The translations under genes and the position numbers were made by a program. Below are positions 18,558 through 28,324 of a stretch of 64,000 nucleotides of DNA, in pieces. This stretch comes from Candidatus Multivoradales bacterium. GTDB taxonomy: Bacteria; Acidobacteriota; Thermoanaerobaculia; Multivoradales; Multivoraceae. The stretch's first letter is position 1. The number at the start of each line of letters is the position of its first letter. The stretch is from assembly GCA_965223325.1 (NCBI GenBank), contig CBDCWI010000001.1, positions 1,952,001 to 2,016,000 on the forward strand, written 5' to 3'. Under the pieces are notes generated by a model that saw only the letters and a list, made by a program, of their open reading frames with translations, did no database searches and had not been told where the DNA came from.

Positions 18558-19778
18558 GTGTCCGAACTCCCCATCGACGAGCGGACTCTGGCGAAACTCG
18601 CCGCCCCCTTCTTCGTCGTCGACCTACCGCGTCTCGAGGCCAAGTACACACGTTTCAACAAGGCATTCTCGTCTCGCTTCCCCCGCTCTCGAGTCGCCCT
18701 CTCGTACAAAACCAATCACCTCGGGCCCATGCTGCAGCACCTCCACGGCATGGGGGCCTGGGCCGAAGTCGTCTCGGGTCCAGAGTACGAGTACGCTCTT
18801 GGACTCGGCGTACCGGCCGAAAGGGTCGTCTACAACGGCCCAGGAAAGAGCCCCGAAGAGCTCGCACGAGCGCTCGCCGACGGAGCGGTGATCAACCTCG
18901 ACTCCCTCGAAGAAGCTCATTACGTCGCCCACTGGCGCAAGAGCTCGGGCGGCACCGCTCGCGGCGTCGGAATCCGAATCAACCTCTTGCTCCCAGACCG
19001 AGAGCCCGGCACCCAGAGCCGCTTCGGCGTCGAACTCGACCAGCTCGAAGAGGTCGCGCAAACGCTTCGCGACGCATCGGTTTCCGTTGATGGCATTCAC
19101 GCCCACCTGACCAGCAGGCGGCGGCGCGTCGAGTACTACGAAGTGGTTGCCGATGCTGTTGCAGACGCGGTCGACATCGTGGGCAGATCCACCCTCACCT
19201 ATCTGGACCTGGGCGGGGGCTACGCCTACCTGCCCAGGGAGATGCGGCTCGATGTGACCTTCCCGACCTTCGAGGAGTACGCCGAGGTCATCGACGACAC
19301 CCTGCGGCCGCGGGTCGACGCGCTTGATGAGCTAACGCTTCTTACCGAGCCCGGGATCGCGCTTTCGGGCGACTGCCTGACCTACTACGCTCCCGTTCTG
19401 GCCACCAAGAAGATCGGCGGCCGGTCGCTCGCCATCATCGAGGCGAGCGTGCACTCACTCAAGCCCACCCGCCATCCTGCCCACCTTCCGACCCGGGTGC
19501 TCGACTCTCTTGGGGCGCAGAAGTCGGGGCCTACCGAGACCTACGACGTCGTCGGCTACACCTGCCTCGAAGACGACGTGATCGCAGAGGCACAGGAACT
19601 CCCGCAGCTGCTGGTCGGAGACCGTCTCGCGATCGGAAACGTCGGCGCCTATACCTTCGTCTTCAAGCCACCTTTCATCCGTCCTTTGCCGGCCTTCTAC
19701 CTCTGGAACGGTAGGAATGTTTCGTTGGCGCGGGACGCACAGACCCCCGAGGAGGCATTCGGACACCATGCCAGCTGA
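18558..19778 (+). CDS. PLP-dependent group IV decarboxylase (LysA/ODC family)
   Basis: SYKTN (PLP Lys), YNGPGK, SRFG, LDLGGG, EPG, GYTCLEDD, GAY. Confidence 0.9.
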   Translation: MSELPIDERTLAKLAAPFFVVDLPRLEAKYTRFNKAFSSRFPRSRVALSYKTNHLGPMLQHLHGMGAWAEVVSGPEYEYALGLGVPAERVVYNGPGKSPEELARALADGAVINLDSLEEAHYVAHWRKSSGGTARGVGIRINLLLPDREPGTQSRFGVELDQLEEVAQTLRDASVSVDGIHAHLTSRRRRVEYYEVVADAVADAVDIVGRSTLTYLDLGGGYAYLPREMRLDVTFPTFEEYAEVIDDTLRPRVDALDELTLLTEPGIALSGDCLTYYAPVLATKKIGGRSLAIIEASVHSLKPTRHPAHLPTRVLDSLGAQKSGPTETYDVVGYTCLEDDVIAEAQELPQLLVGDRLAIGNVGAYTFVFKPPFIRPLPAFYLWNGRNVSLARDAQTPEEAFGHHAS

Positions 19779-21507
19779 CTCCTGCCGCCTGTTGATGACC
19801 TTTGCGGGGCGCAAGTCCTATGTCCTGCGGCCACTGATGGCGGCCGACCCCGATGCCTTGATCGTGGCGGCCGACGCCGACCCCGATGCGCCGGTCCGAG
19901 CGACCGCGAAACGTTTCGAGACGGTCCCACCGGTCGCTCGACCAGAGGCCTACATCGACGCTCTGCTCGAGATCTGCCGTCGCGACCAGATCGATGCCGT
20001 TCTGGTCACCAACGATAGGGACGTGGAACTCCTGACAGAAGCTCGGGTGCGCTTCGGTGAAGTCGGTACTCGCGTCCTCGGCGCACCCGCTGAGCTCACC
20101 AGAGCGATGTGCGACAAGTGGGCGGCGTTCCAATGGTTCGAGGCGCACGGCTACCCCACTGTCTCGACCTGGAAAGTCGACACTCTTCCCGAGGACATCT
20201 CCTTCCCGGTCATCGTCAAACCGAGACGAGGCCAGGGAAGCCGTGGTGTCAGGCGCTGCAACGAGCCCGACGACCTCATTGGGCTCGGCGATGACGTCAT
20301 CGTCCAGCCCTGGCTCGAAGGCGTGCATTACGACATCGACGTCCTTCGTGCCGCTGACGGTACGGTCTGTCACGTCATCCCGAAGGTCAAGCTCGAGATG
20401 GCCGACGGCACGGCCTCAAAGGTCAGGAGCATCGGCTCGGGCGAACTCACGGCGCTCGGCGAACGCCTGGCGAACGATCTCGACTTCGTCGGTGCCTTCG
20501 ACGTCGACATCATCGAGAGAGACGGCACGCCGATGGTGCTCGAAGTCAACCCCCGCCTCGGCGGCTGCTTTCCGTACTCCTGCCGTTTTGCGCCCGAGTT
20601 TCCCGGTGCCCTTCTCGAAGTCGCCCGCGGGGAGACTCCGTCGATTCGAACCGGCACGCATCGCGTTGGCGTCACCGTAGCGCGCGAGCTCGACTTCGTC
20701 GAGCTCGAGGCTTCGAGCGAATCCTCCGCTCCGGCCGTCCGAACCGCTACGAAGCCTCAGCCGAGCCAGCGAGACACCACCAGGGAACACTGGCGAATCG
20801 CCATCCAGTGCTACAACGAGGAGCACAGCCTCGAGGCGACAGTGGTCGACATCGACGCAATGGCTGATCTGGTGCCCGAGATGGAGGTGGAGATCGTCAT
20901 GATCGACGACGGCTCCACCGACGGCACGCGCGCCGTGATGCATCAGCTCGAGGAACGGTTCCCGCGCTGCGTGACCCGGGTCAACCCAAGGAACATGGGG
21001 CCTGGTGGAAGCGTCGTCGCTCTGTGGGCCGAGACCGACCCTGACTGGTGGTTCACGGCCCTCCCCGGCGACAACGAGATCGTCGCTCAATCGATGCTCA
21101 ACCACGCACGGGTGCGGCGCGACAACGACATCATCATCGGCTACCTCCAGAACCCGATCATTCGCCCGATGAGACGACGCATCGCGTCATTCGTTTTCAA
21201 CCAGTTCGTCCAGTGGACCTACGCCTTCCCGTTTCGCTACATGAACGGACCCAAGCTCTACCGAGTCCGCGCCTTCCAGGGCATCGAGGTGGTCGGCGGC
21301 GGTCACGCGTTCAACGCTGAGCTGATGGCCAAAGCTCTTCTGCGAAAGCCAGACCTACGTATCGAAGAGGTTCCGTTCGTAGCGCGCGGCCGGGCGGCTG
21401 GCTCTAGCAAGGCCTTCACACCGCGCAACATCCTGAAGGCGGCGCGCGAGTTCTACCAGGGCTACATGTCCGTGCGCGGTTACCGAGAGCGCGTCATCAA
21501 GGGGTAG
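19768..21507 (+). CDS. Fusion: ATP-grasp ligase + GT2 (DPM1-like) glycosyltransferase
   Basis: N-terminal CDKW, FPVIVKPRRGQGSRG, LEVNPRLGG; Ser/Thr/Pro linker; C-terminal CYNEE, IDDGSTDGT, NMG.G, PGDNE. Confidence 0.85.
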   Translation: MPADSCRLLMTFAGRKSYVLRPLMAADPDALIVAADADPDAPVRATAKRFETVPPVARPEAYIDALLEICRRDQIDAVLVTNDRDVELLTEARVRFGEVGTRVLGAPAELTRAMCDKWAAFQWFEAHGYPTVSTWKVDTLPEDISFPVIVKPRRGQGSRGVRRCNEPDDLIGLGDDVIVQPWLEGVHYDIDVLRAADGTVCHVIPKVKLEMADGTASKVRSIGSGELTALGERLANDLDFVGAFDVDIIERDGTPMVLEVNPRLGGCFPYSCRFAPEFPGALLEVARGETPSIRTGTHRVGVTVARELDFVELEASSESSAPAVRTATKPQPSQRDTTREHWRIAIQCYNEEHSLEATVVDIDAMADLVPEMEVEIVMIDDGSTDGTRAVMHQLEERFPRCVTRVNPRNMGPGGSVVALWAETDPDWWFTALPGDNEIVAQSMLNHARVRRDNDIIIGYLQNPIIRPMRRRIASFVFNQFVQWTYAFPFRYMNGPKLYRVRAFQGIEVVGGGHAFNAELMAKALLRKPDLRIEEVPFVARGRAAGSSKAFTPRNILKAAREFYQGYMSVRGYRERVIKG

Positions 21508-22279
21508 CCGCCGCAAGGTCCTTCGAGTCAGGAATGTGTGTGCTTCCTGCGAGCTTGTTGATCGCCATCACCAGCGTCCACTTTCCCTGGAAAGCGAGCC
21601 AGTCGAGCTGCTTTTCCGGGTCGATCGGCGCGACACCGTGAACGACCTCGGAATGGGTGAAGGTCAGATCGCCAACCCTCAACGAATCATCGGCGAAGAA
21701 GTCCTCGCTTTCCTCTTCACTGCGCGCGAAGTAGGCGCCCCCCTCGTCATAGTCAGTCCCCTTGTCTGAGAGAGTCACGAGTACGGTCGTGAACTTGTGC
21801 GGGCCGGCGGCATCCTGGTGTCTCGAAATGTAGCCCGCACCCTGGGGATAGGCCTGAAACGTCAGGCGAGCGATGCATCCTTCTTCAGGCTCGAGGCCGA
21901 GGTACTTCTCGGGCCTCCAGCCGTTGAGGTGGTTGTTGAGCTCGTAGGCCGGCCGGACGAGGTCGAACAGGCCGAACACGTCCATGTTCCACGGAAAGAA
22001 GCTCCACTGATGGAAGCGCCCCTGAACGTAGGAGCGCGCGTCTCCGTAGACGCGATGGAAGTTCGGAGCCTTGGCAGTGATCGGCTCGTAGTTCGGTAGC
22101 GAGCTGCGCCCGATCTGGGTCAGGTAGCTGCGAATCTGGAGCATCAAGTCACGTGGGAAGGCGCCTCGGGCGACAAAAACATCACCTTGATGGAGACGTT
22201 GACGCATCGACTCGACCAGCTGGTCATCTTGAATGGCTTCCGCCGGATGGGGGATTTCAACGAGCTCGCGAAAGTACAT
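21497..22279 (-). CDS. 2OG-Fe(II) oxygenase family protein
   Basis: YP.GAGYISRHQD (HxD), GG..F, VVHGV (distal His). Confidence 0.75.
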   Translation of the reverse strand: MYFRELVEIPHPAEAIQDDQLVESMRQRLHQGDVFVARGAFPRDLMLQIRSYLTQIGRSSLPNYEPITAKAPNFHRVYGDARSYVQGRFHQWSFFPWNMDVFGLFDLVRPAYELNNHLNGWRPEKYLGLEPEEGCIARLTFQAYPQGAGYISRHQDAAGPHKFTTVLVTLSDKGTDYDEGGAYFARSEEESEDFFADDSLRVGDLTFTHSEVVHGVAPIDPEKQLDWLAFQGKWTLVMAINKLAGSTHIPDSKDLAAATP

Positions 22280-22379
22280 CGTGGAACGCTCCAGTCTGGG
22301 GTTCTGACCCCTTGATCACCGCCCGAGTCTACAGCACAAACTTCTCTTCTTTCTAGTAAAACGCGGCGGAAACTCCAAC

Positions 22380-23429
22380 TCAGGTACTGGAACAGTCCTC
22401 GCTGGGCGGCGACCGTGAAAACAGCCCACGAAGGTCCCGGCCGAGCAGCAACAGCCCGATCACCGTCAGCGGCAAGATGGCCATGCCGTGGGCGACCAGG
22501 GCGAAGGCGCCGGCCCGGGTCTCGTCAACTCCAAGGAGGCTGACAGCCGAGAAGACGAGGAAGTGGTAAACGCCGATATGACCTGGCGTCGTCGGAACCG
22601 CGAGGCCGAAGGTCAGAAAAGCCATGACCACGACCGGTGCGAACCAGGGGAGGTCGAGGCCGGTCGCCACCATCCACAACCGGACCGAAATCGTCGAACC
22701 GACCCAGAACACAAGCGACATCAAGAGAACGACGACGCTCGTCCACAGCGATTCGAGGGCGCTGAACCCCTCGACAAACGAACCCACGCGCCGCTCGACG
22801 AACGTCCGCACTCGAGGACCGAAAGGTCGCGCAAAGGCGCTTGCGAGTGCACGGACCCTGCCCGGATGGCGACTGACCAGAAGGATCGCGGCCAACACAA
22901 CACTGAGGAGCGCGAAACTCGTGTAGATCCCCGTTCCAATCGGAAGGTCCACCGCAGCCACCGGCAGCACCGCCAGAAAGATGGCGAGCAGCGCCACCAT
23001 GTCGAAGACCCGCTCGGTTCCCACGACCGCGACGCAGGTGCTCACCGGAAGTCCACTGAACCGTGCCAGGTACCCGACCCGCGCCAGCTCACTGGCTCTG
23101 AAGGGCACCACGTTCTGAACCAGAAAGGCGACGACCAGCGACTTGAAGAGGCGGAAGGGACCGATGGGCGACAGAGGCGCGAACAGAATCCGAGCCCGAA
23201 ACGAAGCAACCGTCATGTTGAGCAACCGAAGGATCACTGCCGCACCCAGCCAGAGCAGGTTGACTTCTCTCAGGGCTTCCAGGACCTGACGCAGATCGAG
23301 CTGTGTGGCGCTCAAGTAGAGCACCACGGCCGCAATGACGATCCCGATTGCCGAAAGAAAGAGGCGCCGGCTCCCGGAAGACTGGCCCATCGAAGCGTTC
23401 TCCTCGAGGTCGCGTACGGAAAGCATCAC
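22380..23429 (-). CDS. Lysylphosphatidylglycerol synthase TM-domain (flippase-like, UPF0104) protein
   Basis: About 8 TM segments, NVVPFRASELAR, ERVFD, PTTPGHIGVYH. Confidence 0.85.
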   Translation of the reverse strand: MMLSVRDLEENASMGQSSGSRRLFLSAIGIVIAAVVLYLSATQLDLRQVLEALREVNLLWLGAAVILRLLNMTVASFRARILFAPLSPIGPFRLFKSLVVAFLVQNVVPFRASELARVGYLARFSGLPVSTCVAVVGTERVFDMVALLAIFLAVLPVAAVDLPIGTGIYTSFALLSVVLAAILLVSRHPGRVRALASAFARPFGPRVRTFVERRVGSFVEGFSALESLWTSVVVLLMSLVFWVGSTISVRLWMVATGLDLPWFAPVVVMAFLTFGLAVPTTPGHIGVYHFLVFSAVSLLGVDETRAGAFALVAHGMAILPLTVIGLLLLGRDLRGLFSRSPPSEDCSST

Positions 23430-25198
23430 TCGAACAGAACGTAGAGCCGGGTTGGCGCTGTCGGAGGTTGTGGAAGAGGCGGCACGGTCACCATCCTCAA
23501 GAATCCAGTGGCACCACCCTCGCCGCCGGTGAGTCGATGGACACCTTTCGAGAGAACACCAGCCGTGAAGGGCTGACCGTCGACCTCCAGGAGTCCCTCT
23601 CCACCAAACACAAACTCACGCTCGCTGAGCACCTCGAACTCGTGCGTCGAGCCCTCGGCCAGTGCGAAGCGCGTCCCATGGATGAAGACGTTGCGATCGA
23701 AATGAATGAAGTTGCGACGCAGAAACTCGTTCTCGGCGCCATTCAGCCAACGAATGCGGTACGAGAAGACGAAGGCCACCATCTCGCGCTCACGCCATTG
23801 CTCGATCATTCGCGGGTAGAGGCCAGCCATATAGCTCTTGAAGATGGGAGTCGTCATCAGCCATGGATTCGAGGCGATCGGCCGGAACGGAAGGCCCGCC
23901 ATGTCGAAGACCGCGTCGTCGGGTCGCGTCACCGCGTGTACCAACTGCTGCGACGCGAGAATCGCGTCCTGGTTGTGTTCAAGGACTACTAGTGCCCTGG
24001 TTGTGGCGGTGCCGAGACTCACCAGCAGGAGCACCAAGACGATCCACCAACGCAGCGCCGTCCAACGCCTGGTCGCGCCTCGCATCAGGATGGCTAGAAT
24101 CGCCGCCGCGAAGAGAGCGAGTACAGGCAATACGGTGACGTGCAGGTAGGGAAATGGGAACGGATTGGCCCACAGCGTGGCGACCAGGGCGAGTGCGAGA
24201 AGCCCAGTCACCAGGATCGGCCGCCGGCGAATCGAATCGGCCCAGCGAGGCAAGGCCCGTTCCTGTCTAAGCCTGGTAAACACCGTTGGGACCATGGCAA
24301 ACAAGGCACCGAAGGCGACCAGCACCGCGAGCGAAAACACCGGATTGCGCATCCCCTCCTTGATCAAGTGGGAGCCAGGAGTGAAGGTAGCGCGGTGAGC
24401 GGCGGTCCGCGAAACACTCGCGGCAGCGCGATAGACATTGGTGTCGAGATAGGCCTCGAGCGCGCCCAGCATCTGAAGGGCCAAGAGAAAGATGCCCACC
24501 GGCACGAGCCAGACGACAAACGGCAGAACCACGTTCTGCCAACGGCGCTCTCGATAGGCGCTCTTCAACCAGACGAGTCCGAAGAAGACGCAGACAAAGA
24601 CGATCTTCTTGCTGAACAAGAAGGCGATCGAGAGGATCAGACCCTGCAAAAGCGAGCGGCGAAGCCGATCGAATCGCGACAACTCGACGCCAAGCGCGGC
24701 GAGAGCGGCTAGACCAAGCCAGACATCGGGTCGCACCTCCATGCCGCGCTCGAGATAGGTGGTGTGCAGAATCAAGAAGCCCGCTGCCAGCACCGCCGCC
24801 TCCGCCCCCGCCAGTCGCCAGCCCAGCCAGGCGACCAGAACCAACGTTGCAAAGACCGCCAGGAGTGCGATCAAGCGACCCCGCCGGTAGCTTCCCGGCG
24901 CATCCTCGATGTCGATCCAGGGACGGAGCACCAAGTGCAGCATCGGGTTGTGCGGCTGATAGAAGTCGCGGTAGATCATCTGCCCCGCTCTGAGCTCGTA
25001 GGCGGCGTGCAGATGCTCCACCTCATCCGGCTGAAAGCCTCGTCCACTAGCGACCGCCACCGCGAGGACAACCCCAGCGATGAGAACGACGACCAAAGAC
25101 CCACTGGCGATGAGCAAACCGAAACGTTGCCCCGCTCCACCCGAGCCCTGTGGAGGGTCGTCGGGTGTTGAACCCTCGAGCACGGGTGATTCCGACAC
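23426..25198 (-). CDS. GT-C fold membrane glycosyltransferase (ArnT/PMT-like)
   Basis: DE motif in first loop (QPDEVEHLH), EVRPD, many TM segments, soluble C-terminal domain. Confidence 0.75.
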   Translation of the reverse strand: MSESPVLEGSTPDDPPQGSGGAGQRFGLLIASGSLVVVLIAGVVLAVAVASGRGFQPDEVEHLHAAYELRAGQMIYRDFYQPHNPMLHLVLRPWIDIEDAPGSYRRGRLIALLAVFATLVLVAWLGWRLAGAEAAVLAAGFLILHTTYLERGMEVRPDVWLGLAALAALGVELSRFDRLRRSLLQGLILSIAFLFSKKIVFVCVFFGLVWLKSAYRERRWQNVVLPFVVWLVPVGIFLLALQMLGALEAYLDTNVYRAAASVSRTAAHRATFTPGSHLIKEGMRNPVFSLAVLVAFGALFAMVPTVFTRLRQERALPRWADSIRRRPILVTGLLALALVATLWANPFPFPYLHVTVLPVLALFAAAILAILMRGATRRWTALRWWIVLVLLLVSLGTATTRALVVLEHNQDAILASQQLVHAVTRPDDAVFDMAGLPFRPIASNPWLMTTPIFKSYMAGLYPRMIEQWREREMVAFVFSYRIRWLNGAENEFLRRNFIHFDRNVFIHGTRFALAEGSTHEFEVLSEREFVFGGEGLLEVDGQPFTAGVLSKGVHRLTGGEGGATGFLRMVTVPPLPQPPTAPTRLYVLFE

Positions 25199-25335
25199 GT
25201 TTCTCTCCCAATCCGCTTAAGGAGGACAGCCCCGATCTGAGCCGATCAAAGCATAGTGAAACTACGGAATTTAGCAAATCCGAACCCGCGGAGTCAGCCA
25301 CCAACCGACGCCGACGGCGGCCGTACCGGCGCGAG

Positions 25336-27690
25336 CTACCCGGCAATGGAGCGGCCGCGCTCGACGGCTTCTGCCGCCTCGGCCTGCCGACCCGAACGAT
25401 TGAGAATGTCGGAGAGCACATACCAACCGAGCTGAATGTCATCGCGTAGCTCGAGTCCCTTGCGGGCCGCCTCCTCGGCCCGCTCGAGCTCGCCGGCCTC
25501 CATCAGGGCCTTGCCGAGGAAGAAGTAACCGACGGCGAAGTCGGGCTTGGATGCGATCGCCTGCTCGAGCAGTGCCCGTTCGCGCGCTTTCTGGCCGAGA
25601 GCGCCCTCGAGTCGGGCGAGGTTGAACTGCGCCTGGTAGTGCTTCGGGGCGCGTGCGATCGCAGCTTCGTAGGCGCGCCGGGCACCCTCGGCATCCCCCG
25701 CCTCTTCGGCAAGCACGCCGAGGTTGAAATGCGGTTGGGAAAGCTCAGGCTTCGCCTCGAGGGCGCGCGCGAAGCTTCGTTTGGCAGCTTCGGGTCGCTC
25801 CGAGAGGGCTTGGACTTCGCCGAGTCGGTTCCAGATCGCCGCCGGGACTCCCTCGCGCGCCGCCGCGACGAGCGCCTCGCGGGCGACATCCAGGTTGCCG
25901 CGTTCGACCTCGAGATCGGCGATCGCCAGGCTGGCCTTCGAGTCCTGGCCCGCGATGTCGAGAATCCGCCGGAAACCCAGGAGAGCATCGTCGATGCGGC
26001 CCTGCGCCCGATGGCAGCTGGCCAGTCCGAACAGTGACGGCCGATGCCCACTGTCGAGCTCGAGGGCGCGCTGGTAGTGACGCATGGCGGCTTCTGGGTT
26101 CTCCTGGCGCAGGGCGACCTCGCCGAGCAGCTGATGGCCGTCGATCAGGGCCGGATCTTCGGCCAGGGCGCGTTCGAGGAGCGCGGTTGCCTCCTCGTCG
26201 CGGCCCTCACTCACCTTGCCCTGCGCGAGCATGATGCCGCGGTGCAAATGGACCTTGGTCTTGGGATCAGGCCGCGGAACAGAGGGGTCCCACGAGCTCG
26301 CCGCGACTTCCCCCGGCCCGGCGACATAGCCCAGCGCCTGTAGTTGTGCGAGCGCCTGCGGGTCGAGGTCGGCGGCCTCAGCGCCCACTGCACCCTGCTC
26401 GATCTCACTCGCGAGTGCCTCGAGTTCGACAAGCAGTGCCGCACCCTCGGGGCCGTCCTCGAAGAGGTTGCGCTTTTCCCCGGGATCTTCGTTGGGCCGG
26501 TAGAGCTCGGGCTCGGGAGCCGCAATGAGCTTCGCCGCCGCGCTGCGCAGCACGCGCAGCGGTGACCAGCCATAGTGCAGGAGCGGGTAGAACGACTCGG
26601 CGTAGACTGCGCGCTCGGCCATCGCCTCCTTGGCGCTGCCTCTGAGATCAGGCACAAGACTTCGACCCTGCATGGCTTCGCCGACCTCCTGGCCCGTCAG
26701 CTCGAGGAGAGTCGGTGCGATGTCGACGTGGCTCACCGGCAGGGCCGAGCGCAGAGCCTCCGGCGCGCGACCGCGCGGCAAGCGCACGATCAAGGGCACA
26801 TGGACCGTGCTCTCATAGACGAAGAGGCCATGGAAGAGCTCGCCGTGATCGCCGAGGCCCTCGCCATGATCCGAGGTCACCACGAGCGCCGTCTCGGCGA
26901 GCAGCCCCCGTTCTTGGAGATCGTCGATGAAACGACCGACCAGTGCATCGGTGTAGGCGATCTCCGCGTCGTAGGGGCGGCCCGGGTACTGCGAAGCGAA
27001 GGGCGCTGGCGGCGTGTAGGGATCGTGCGCATCAAACAGGTGCAGCCACACGAAGAATGGACGATCGGGGTCGCTCCGCTTGTCGAACCAGTCGAGAGCT
27101 GCGGCAATCGTGTCGGTTCCTGGCCGTTGCACCGAGCCGAGGTTCGGATTCTCGAAGGCACCGAGGTCGAAATCGTCGTAGTAGTGGCCGAAGCCGCGGG
27201 CGATGCCCCACCGCGCGTCGAGGACGAAGGCGCTGACGAACCCGGCCGTGTCATAGCCGGCCTCGCTGAAGGTCTCCGCCAGCGTGCGATTCTGGTCGGA
27301 AAGGTAATAGCCGACGTTCTCGCGCACCCCGTGGAATGGCGGATAGGTGCCGGTCATGATCGAGCTGTGGGCCGGAAAGGTGAACGGCACCGTCGTCTGA
27401 GCGTTGGTGAACAGAGTGCCTTCAGCAGCCAGGCGATCGAGGTTCGGAGTTCGGACGTCTCCTCCCAGGGCGCCAATGCGGTCGGCTCGAAAGGTATCGA
27501 GGGTGACGAGCACGACGTTGCGCACCGAAGCAATCGGCGGGCCGTCGGCCTCGGCAACCGTACTGACGGAGTCGACCGCCGTTTCGCGGCCGCAGGAGAT
27601 GGAAACAAGGGCGAGGGGCAGGGCAAGAAGAGCAGCGATCCACCGGAGCGTCGGCCGGCCCGCGGTGCAGTGACCATCGGAAGAGAGCAT
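25336..27690 (-). CDS. Sulfatase-like (alkaline phosphatase superfamily) lipoprotein with C-terminal TPRs
   Basis: LVTLDTFRAD, TFPAHSSIMTG, HLFDAHDPY, TSDHGE, multiple TPRs, lipobox-like SISC. Confidence 0.88.
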   Translation of the reverse strand: MLSSDGHCTAGRPTLRWIAALLALPLALVSISCGRETAVDSVSTVAEADGPPIASVRNVVLVTLDTFRADRIGALGGDVRTPNLDRLAAEGTLFTNAQTTVPFTFPAHSSIMTGTYPPFHGVRENVGYYLSDQNRTLAETFSEAGYDTAGFVSAFVLDARWGIARGFGHYYDDFDLGAFENPNLGSVQRPGTDTIAAALDWFDKRSDPDRPFFVWLHLFDAHDPYTPPAPFASQYPGRPYDAEIAYTDALVGRFIDDLQERGLLAETALVVTSDHGEGLGDHGELFHGLFVYESTVHVPLIVRLPRGRAPEALRSALPVSHVDIAPTLLELTGQEVGEAMQGRSLVPDLRGSAKEAMAERAVYAESFYPLLHYGWSPLRVLRSAAAKLIAAPEPELYRPNEDPGEKRNLFEDGPEGAALLVELEALASEIEQGAVGAEAADLDPQALAQLQALGYVAGPGEVAASSWDPSVPRPDPKTKVHLHRGIMLAQGKVSEGRDEEATALLERALAEDPALIDGHQLLGEVALRQENPEAAMRHYQRALELDSGHRPSLFGLASCHRAQGRIDDALLGFRRILDIAGQDSKASLAIADLEVERGNLDVAREALVAAAREGVPAAIWNRLGEVQALSERPEAAKRSFARALEAKPELSQPHFNLGVLAEEAGDAEGARRAYEAAIARAPKHYQAQFNLARLEGALGQKARERALLEQAIASKPDFAVGYFFLGKALMEAGELERAEEAARKGLELRDDIQLGWYVLSDILNRSGRQAEAAEAVERGRSIAG

Positions 27691-27904
27691 CGACGGACGC
27701 TACCTCACCGCCATTTCAGGCCTGAGGCGGCAAACGACGGCGCGTTCAAAACCGGGCGCGAGTGATCCACACTTCCAACCCGCCCTCTGTCCAGGTCGTC
27801 CCAAATGTCTTGCTCCCCCAGTTCACTGAACGTATAGTCAGCGAAACCGAGCCTGCGCCGCACCGAAAAGACGTTCGAGGCCTCGGCCAGAAAGGAAGGC
27901 CCCC

Positions 27905-28324
27905 ATGACGACCCTCAAGGTCCCATTCGCCCTTCGCGTCGCCTTCGTGTCGATTCCGCTGCTGGCTCCGCTCGCCCCTGTGGCGGCCCAAACCACTGGC
28001 ACCCTCCGCGGCACGGTCGTCGACCAGGAGGGCACAGTGCTTCCGGGGGTCACGGTCACCGCCACCAGCGAAAGCCGCGGCACCCAACGCTCGGTGGCCT
28101 CAGGCGCCAACGGCGTATTCGTCGTAACGTCACCTCCGGTTGGCACGTACACCGTCAGCGCAACTCTCGACGGTTTCCATGACCGCATAATTCCAGGCGT
28201 ACGCATCGGCATGAGCTCGGCAGTTTCACTGCGGGTTGAGATGCCGCTGGCTTCGGTGGAAGAGACCATCACCGTTTCGGCCACGCCGGTGCTTGACGTC
28301 GTCGTCTTCGCGTCCCCTGGCTGA
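27905..28324 (+). pseudogene. Truncated TonB-dependent receptor (signal peptide + carboxypeptidase-regulatory-like domain only)
   Basis: AQTTGTLRGTVVDQEGTVLPGVTVTA...PVGTYTVSATLDGF...EETITVSATPVLDV, then a stop where the plug domain should start. Confidence 0.7.

Noticed and set aside
18558-19778. Assigning lysA
   Set aside because: Only family-level motifs are visible, and the operon context suggests a specialised substrate.
13162-25198. Integrative element carrying the glycan locus
   Set aside because: The recombinase-like ORF lacks a catalytic domain, and no att repeats, tRNA or transfer genes were seen.
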